Virus record (IMG/VR): IMGVR_UViG_3300028048_000078
Direction: 5' to 3' (one strand)
Origin: an uncultured virus (IMG/VR IMGVR_UViG_3300028048_000078)
Lineage: Duplodnaviria > Heunggongvirae > Uroviricota > Caudoviricetes
DNA length: 20,000 nucleotides
Positions 15,257 through 20,000 of this stretch are shown here, one piece after another. How positions within the stretch are numbered: the first letter of the stretch is position 1; each line of letters opens with the position of its first letter. The position numbers and the translations under genes were made by a program. The notes under the pieces are model-generated. The model had not been told where the DNA came from. It made no database searches and worked only from the letters and a program-made list of their open reading frames with translations.

Positions 15257-15288
15257 GGCAGGTTGAAAAATACCTGCCAATTTTTTTT
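15257..15288 (+). terminator. Intrinsic terminator (GCAGG...CCTGC family)
   Basis: ggcaggt...acctgcc + T run. Confidence 0.75.
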
Positions 15289-15308
15289 GAAAATTTACAA
15301 AGTTTTTC

Positions 15309-15337
15309 TTGACAACAACAAAACAAGGGTATATTAT
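15309..15337 (+). promoter_or_regulatory. SigA-type promoter P24
   Basis: TTGACA-17-TATTAT. Confidence 0.85.
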
Positions 15338-15381
15338 AATAGACAGATAAGCAATTAATCAATGAAAGGAAGGTATTTATT

Positions 15382-15648
15382 ATGGTAGTAAAGACAAACG
15401 GATTTGAATTGACAATTGACGAGGAATATGTAGAGTGTGAAGTACATTTCAACAATACTGTATGGTATTTCTTAGAGGAATATCTCACAGATGAGCTTCT
15501 AGAGTTAATAGAAGAATACATCAACAAAGATATAACTTTACTTGACTTTGTTTCAAGTTTTTATGACTCTATTTTATTCGAGGATGAAAACGAGGAGCAA
15601 AAACCTCACGAATTTTCCATAGACGAATGGAGCTATATTTTAGGATAA
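15382..15648 (+). CDS. Very acidic small protein
   Basis: RBS AAGGAAGG; E/D-rich with few basic residues. Confidence 0.85.
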   Translation: MVVKTNGFELTIDEEYVECEVHFNNTVWYFLEEYLTDELLELIEEYINKDITLLDFVSSFYDSILFEDENEEQKPHEFSIDEWSYILG

Positions 15649-15655
15649 CACAACG

Positions 15656-15689
15656 AAAAGCAGGAATTAAAAATTTCCTGCTTTTTTTT
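15656..15689 (+). terminator. Intrinsic terminator (GCAGG...CCTGC family)
   Basis: aaaagcaggaa...ttcctgctttt. Confidence 0.9.
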
Positions 15690-15690
15690 C

Positions 15691-15719
15691 TTGACAAGTA
15701 CAAAACATTAGTATATTAT
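15691..15719 (+). promoter_or_regulatory. SigA-type promoter P25
   Basis: TTGACA-17-TATTAT. Confidence 0.85.
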
Positions 15720-15773
15720 AATAGACAGATAGTATTAATTAATTAATATACAAGTTGAAAGGATGGTTTTATT

Positions 15774-16196
15774 ATGAAAAAGACAATTACACTTAAGGAC
15801 AAGTATACTGTACATGTACACTTAGAGCTTAGAGAAAACAAGGACAATAAGCCTGTTTTTTCCTGTTGTGCAGACTGTAATAGACTCCACACACATGGAC
15901 AAGGGCTGGATAAAATTAATCCATATATGCAAAACAATACAATGTGGAAAATTATTTATAGGTTATGGAAAGCACATCATTTAAACGATATGCATCCAGG
16001 CACAGAGGTACAAGAGGCAATACTAGAGGAGGATTTTGGAGATGATTTGTATAAACTTTCCTATACAGATAAATGCAGGTGGTTAAGTCGTTATAATCTA
16101 CTTGAACATAATGGATATAAATATGGACATGGATGGCTATATCGTGAAATACCTGCGGATGATTTGGCAGTCATTAAGGCGATAATAGAAGCATAA
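15774..16196 (+). CDS. Conserved-looking phage early protein (W..HHLNDM.PGT..QE...YKYG.GWL)
   Basis: RBS AAGGATGG; motif recurrent in phage early regions. Confidence 0.85.
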   Translation: MKKTITLKDKYTVHVHLELRENKDNKPVFSCCADCNRLHTHGQGLDKINPYMQNNTMWKIIYRLWKAHHLNDMHPGTEVQEAILEEDFGDDLYKLSYTDKCRWLSRYNLLEHNGYKYGHGWLYREIPADDLAVIKAIIEA

Positions 16197-16204
16197 AAAC
16201 ACCT

Positions 16205-16236
16205 AGAGGATATTTATAGAAAATATCCTCTTTTTT
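16205..16236 (+). terminator. Intrinsic terminator
   Basis: agaggatattt...aaatatcctct + T run. Confidence 0.85.
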
Positions 16237-16237
16237 G

Positions 16238-16266
16238 TTGACAAGGGTACAACAAATCTATATAAT
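16238..16266 (+). promoter_or_regulatory. SigA-type promoter P26
   Basis: TTGACA-17-TATAAT. Confidence 0.9.
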
Positions 16267-16311
16267 AATACTTAGGATATACAAATTTTATTTTATAGGA
16301 GTGATGATATT

Positions 16312-16392
16312 ATGATTAGTACTTTTGTTATCGGTTTTTGTGCATGGATGGTGTTGAGTATTTTTGCAGATGTGTTAGGAGGTAGATTATAA
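16312..16392 (+). CDS. 26-aa hydrophobic peptide
   Basis: MISTFVIGFCAWMVLSIFADVLGGRL; RBS AGGAG; TAATG coupling to the next gene. Confidence 0.65.
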   Translation: MISTFVIGFCAWMVLSIFADVLGGRL

Positions 16393-16811
16393 TGATATAC
16401 ATCATCAGAAAAGATACATATAAAATCAAAGACAGTCTAAAAGCTATTGGATGTAAATGGAACGGAAAATACAAGGTATGGATTTTTCCAAACGAAAAAG
16501 CCACAAAGGGTTTTAACTTTGAGGTCGTGGAAAGTCTTGATAAACTTACAATACCACAAGAAAAACTGTACAAAAAACCTTTTGTTGCTTCTAGTATAAA
16601 TCTTAACTGTGTTATAATCAGAGAAGACAGCATCACAAACAAAATAAACCTCTATACCGCCATAGGCAGGGGAGAACATGAAGGAAAAACATTTTTCTTC
16701 TATGGATGTATAGAAAAGTACTCAGTAGGTGAGATTTTAGAGGATATACCTTGTAAAATTGATTTTATAAAGGGTAACTCTATCACACTTAAATATAGAC
16801 TAGATGTATAA
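16392..16811 (+). CDS. Hypothetical protein with N-terminal TY.IK..LK..G.KW....K.W domain (DUF5710/HARP-like)
   Basis: RBS AGGAGG; motif seen in the sequence, family assignment by eye. Confidence 0.75.
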   Translation: MIYIIRKDTYKIKDSLKAIGCKWNGKYKVWIFPNEKATKGFNFEVVESLDKLTIPQEKLYKKPFVASSINLNCVIIREDSITNKINLYTAIGRGEHEGKTFFFYGCIEKYSVGEILEDIPCKIDFIKGNSITLKYRLDV

Positions 16812-16818
16812 TAAATCT

Positions 16819-16850
16819 GACAGTAGTCTTTTATGGCTACTGTCTTTTTT
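16819..16850 (+). terminator. Intrinsic terminator ending the cassette array
   Basis: gacagtagtc...ggctactgtc + T run. Confidence 0.85.
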
Positions 16851-16957
16851 AATGGATACAACAACAAACAAACAAGTTTTAGACAATACAACAACAAAAC
16901 AAAACAAAACAACAATATATATATAATAAAGTTGTATATATCTTTATATATTTTAGT

Positions 16958-17149
16958 ACTTTAGCAGACTAAAGGGCGAGGTAGCCTACTTCACCCATGT
17001 AGCACTTTAGCACGTTAAAGTCTTAAAGCTTTAAGACTTTAGCACGTTAAAGTGTTAAATAATTAAAACTTTAGCACGTTAAAGTGTTAAAGCTTTAATA
17101 CTTTAGTATGGTAAAGTTGTAAAGTTTTAGTGCTTTAGCAGACTAAAGT
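16958..17149. repeat. Array of 18-bp palindromes ACTTTAGCACGTTAAAGT at 32-bp period
   Basis: Copies at 17004, 17036, 17068 (exact), 17100, 17132 (variants), plus 16958. Confidence 0.9.
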
Positions 17150-17150
17150 C

Positions 17151-17206
17151 TGACTTTTTGCTGATTTGACCTTTTGACCTTTTGACTAATTAACCTTTTG
17201 ACTTTT
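17151..17206. repeat. 8-bp tandem repeat TGAC(C/T)TTT
   Basis: TGAC at 17151, 17167, 17175, 17183, 17199; TAAC at 17191. Confidence 0.8.
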
Positions 17207-17752
17207 TAAAAGTTAAAAATCTTTTTACTTAGTCAGATGCCCTTATTTGCTAATGACTATTAACTTTTGAATTGAAAAGTTAAAAAAAGTTTATACTTGT
17301 CCTGAGACTCGCATAAGTGAATAGTTATTAACTAATGTGTTGGTGTTGTTCGCTTTTGTCTGATTTTGGGGATAATGGCCACTTTATAAATGCCTCTGTA
17401 AGGCCACCAGATGCCCTGTATTCGTTTTTATGGTATAAAGGTATAAATATATGGGTTGTTGTCGTTGCGTTTAACCTGTGCAATTCTCAATTAGAAGCCT
17501 TGATATATAAGGGTTTTTGGTATGATAATGAGTATCAAGTAGCGGTATTTGTGGCTAAACTTTGTTCTGTTTAAGTAGTATATGAATTTTGCCTAATGTA
17601 TTAAGGTGAAAGTCTAGGTCCGGCCCTTATATAATTAAGTGAAGTTCCTGGATTTGTTAATAAATGTAAAGAATGAAGGTCCCGGAAGGCCCTGGATAAG
17701 TGTCATTTATGAAAGTTATGTATTACCATAAAAATCTTGTATAGTAAATTGC

Positions 17753-17781
17753 TTTACATCTACAGCTAAATAGTGTAGACT
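17753..17781 (+). promoter_or_regulatory. SigA-type promoter for the 17850 gene
   Basis: TTTACA-17-TAGACT. Confidence 0.6.
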
Positions 17782-17849
17782 ATTAAATGTAGGGAGGAGT
17801 TATTCCTCTATGTAAATGTGTTAGCCTTAGAAGGGCAGGAGGTAGAAAA

Positions 17850-18167
17850 ATGATTAAGATGGTAAAGAATTATGGAAAGACTCGCAAATTATTCGAAAAT
17901 GAGGTACTGCTGAAAGAATTCTCTAATTGGAATACTGCAAGGGAATGTCATGTAATTGGTAACTACCTTGTGCAGTGGTTTGATGAGCCGTGGAGGAATT
18001 TCAGTACTATGACAGTATCCAAACTAATGAGTAATGCAGGTAATACCTATTGGGAGAGGGTATTCTGGATTAACCGCATGAACCCAATGGAGTGGGTTAT
18101 TGATACCTCAAAAATTGATGGCGAACTCCACAACTTGATTAACAGAATTGTAAAGTCATTTGGATAA
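17850..18167 (+). CDS. Hypothetical protein (Trp-rich)
   Basis: RBS AGGAGG; isolated gene between repeat blocks. Confidence 0.8.
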   Translation: MIKMVKNYGKTRKLFENEVLLKEFSNWNTARECHVIGNYLVQWFDEPWRNFSTMTVSKLMSNAGNTYWERVFWINRMNPMEWVIDTSKIDGELHNLINRIVKSFG

Positions 18168-18297
18168 TGTTTCCCACCACAGGACACTTGCCAGACCTCG
18201 ACAAGTGTCCTCCTGTGGAGGACATGTAAACACTGTCCACTCTGAGGGGACTACCGTACCCTTCAAGTGGACACACTTTTTGGGTATCAATCCCACT

Positions 18298-18423
18298 CAC
18301 TCAAATTTTTTGAAAATTTTCAATTTGGTTTTCCCCTACTGTCAACTCACTCAAATTTTTTGAAATTTTCTGATTTGGTTTTCCTGCCACTCAAATTTTT
18401 GAAAAATTTGGATTTGGTTTTCC
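18298..18423. repeat. Three ~37-bp direct repeats CACTCAAATTTTTTGAAA...ATTTGGTTTTCC
   Basis: Copies start at 18298, 18348, 18388. Confidence 0.9.
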
Positions 18424-18435
18424 CTATATATGAAT

Positions 18436-18477
18436 AAAAAAAAATAGAGTCGTTTAAGAACGACTCTTTTTATTTTT
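18436..18477. terminator. Bidirectional terminator
   Basis: A run + agagtcgtt-taag-aacgactct + T run. Confidence 0.85.
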
Positions 18478-18825
18478 CTTTTGTTTCTTTGGTTGTTGTA
18501 TATCTAAGTTAGATATATAATTCTTACCTACTTTAAAGATATAATCTTTATTGCCGACCCAAGATTTCATTTCTTCTACTTCATCTTTATTGAGTCTGGC
18601 CACAACTATGTCTGCTTCTTTAAGTAAATCATTTCTTTCATTGGCTACTATTCCTACTGAGGAACTTTTACCTTCTGCATCTCTGGTATGAACGTAATCT
18701 GCCCCAGCGGTAATTAACTTTTTCAGCCCCAAGGACTGGAAGTTTGCCATAAAGTATTCCCAAATCTTACTCTCTGTAGGTACTTCTTTAGGTAAGTACA
18801 CAACCTTATCTTTGAAATCAATCAT
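18454..18825 (-). CDS. Truncated, apparently catalytically dead EcoRI-type adenine methyltransferase homolog
   Basis: FKDKVVY...P.ES..W.YF..NF..LGLKKLI and LL.EADIVV match the EcoRI_methylase family, but NPPF is replaced by ARLN. Confidence 0.6.
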   Translation of the reverse strand: MIDFKDKVVYLPKEVPTESKIWEYFMANFQSLGLKKLITAGADYVHTRDAEGKSSSVGIVANERNDLLKEADIVVARLNKDEVEEMKSWVGNKDYIFKVGKNYISNLDIQQPKKQKKNKKSRS

Positions 18826-19069
18826 CTATGTTTAGCTCCTTACATACTCTATTTATTTCTGGCATATAACTGGCGAACCACCCTATTGTTGGCTCTTTTA
18901 CATTTGTTTCTCTTAAGAAAGCTTTTATTATTAACTCTCTTACTATCTGGCGCTTATACTTAGCATCCATTTCTTGAAATAACATATTCTGGCCAAGGGT
19001 AATTTTACCACACTCTACACCAGTCTCTTCGCCTACTTCTAAAGTATAATATGTATTAATAATCTTCAT
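18818..19069 (-). CDS. Hypothetical protein
   Basis: Coupled overlaps with both neighbours. Confidence 0.75.
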   Translation of the reverse strand: MKIINTYYTLEVGEETGVECGKITLGQNMLFQEMDAKYKRQIVRELIIKAFLRETNVKEPTIGWFASYMPEINRVCKELNIDD

Positions 19070-20000
19070 AGTATCTCTTTAAATATCCTTTCTAATACTC
19101 CTACAACTATGCTGTTACCTGCTAGTCTGTATAATTGTGTATCACTTATCTTGTCTATAATTTTATCTATATCATCATCTGATACATCCATAAGTCTTAA
19201 ACACTCTCTTGGTGTAAGCTTTCTCGGTGTATATGTACCATCGGGATTTTGCTTGTCGGTTACTAACTGCCTACGATTTTTTGTTAGGAATGTTTTTAGG
19301 TTTGTACCTCGCCAATAACTTGCATCAAGACAATAGCTAAATTTGTTGTCCAATGGCTCTTCTAAGCTATCATTATGTAAGTAATACTTATCATCAACAT
19401 TACTCTCCATTAAGTCTGAAAGGTATGTTCTTAATAACTTAATTGGTGGCGGTACAAATTTATTTTCTTCATCCAATACACTCACACAGAATAACCTTCT
19501 TCTGCTTTGTGGAATATCATAGTCCATAGCATTTAGTATATGATACTTACTATTATAACCCAAACTACTAAGGTATTCTAAGAAGAGGTTGAAGTTATCT
19601 GCGTTCTTTTCCCCTAAGATAGAGTTTACATTCTCCATAACTAAATACTTTGGCTTTTTGGCTTCAATAATCTTTTTGCACTCCCAAAGAAGGGAAGATT
19701 TTGTGTTAGAACCCTCTGTTAAACCACCATGCTTACCAGCAGCAGACACATCTTGACAAGGGAAGGAGTAAGTAAATAAATCAAAGTCTGGTATCTCATC
19801 TGGATTAATATACCTAATATCACCGTAATTCTTAGATAAGTGACTTGCCTCATATAAAGCATTTAACCTAGATGGTATCATCTTATCTAAGTTAAGTTCT
19901 CCTGTTTTGTAGTGATGAGGTATATTCAATCTTCGTAAATATTTAACTTTTTCCTCTCTAGGGACATCTGATATACTACCATCATAACCACAATGAATAT
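19066..20000 (-). CDS. DNA (cytosine-5) methyltransferase, 5' end outside the window
   Basis: Motifs IV YSFPCQ, VI MENV, VIII PQSRRR, IX RECLRLM, X AGNSIVV; frame stays open to the window edge. Confidence 0.95.
   Translation of the reverse strand, partial: IHCGYDGSISDVPREEKVKYLRRLNIPHHYKTGELNLDKMIPSRLNALYEASHLSKNYGDIRYINPDEIPDFDLFTYSFPCQDVSAAGKHGGLTEGSNTKSSLLWECKKIIEAKKPKYLVMENVNSILGEKNADNFNLFLEYLSSLGYNSKYHILNAMDYDIPQSRRRLFCVSVLDEENKFVPPPIKLLRTYLSDLMESNVDDKYYLHNDSLEEPLDNKFSYCLDASYWRGTNLKTFLTKNRRQLVTDKQNPDGTYTPRKLTPRECLRLMDVSDDDIDKIIDKISDTQLYRLAGNSIVVGVLERIFKEIL

Noticed and set aside
836..16915. Minus-strand ORFs in the track (836, 1656, 2037, 2286, 2756, 5647, 7446, 7753, 8025, 8296, 9698, 15035, 15219, 15743, 16328, 16437, 16700)
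   Set aside because: They are antisense shadows of well-supported + genes or promoters and lack convincing RBSs.
16958..17149. CRISPR array interpretation of the 32-bp periodic repeats
   Set aside because: Repeats (18 bp) and linkers (14 bp) are too short, the linkers resemble each other, and no cas genes are visible.
17335..18363. ORFs 17335..17574 and 18160..18363
   Set aside because: No RBS and atypical composition; the second is translated hairpin/repeat sequence.

Overview
This AT-rich window looks like the early ('host-takeover'-type) region of a large phage, probably of a Firmicutes host given the consensus SigA/sigma70 promoters and strong AAGGAG/GAGGTG RBSs. Positions 1-16.85 kb form a co-oriented (+) array of about 43 small, mostly unknown ORFs. 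They are built as repeated terminator + TTGACA-N16-18-TA(T/A/C)(A/T)(A/C)T promoter + conserved leader + ORF cassettes; I counted 26 promoters by eye. Recognisable products are a DUF4258-like protein, a Cse60/DUF2758-like peptide, a Zn-ribbon+RHH regulator, a SprT-like metalloprotease, an SF2 helicase-like ATPase and a class I SAM methyltransferase. Repeat-rich non-coding blocks lie at 5.86-6.39 kb, 9.52-9.74 kb, 16.85-17.3 kb and 18.18-18.43 kb. The right end holds minus-strand genes: a partial C5-cytosine methyltransferase and a degenerate EcoRI-type methylase homolog. The most unusual signal is a gene-less promoter at 7423-7452. Its predicted transcript begins with a perfect 24-nt copy of the helicase coding sequence (9351-9374), fused to a 23-nt copy of one arm of the inverted-repeat-bounded element just downstream of that helicase.
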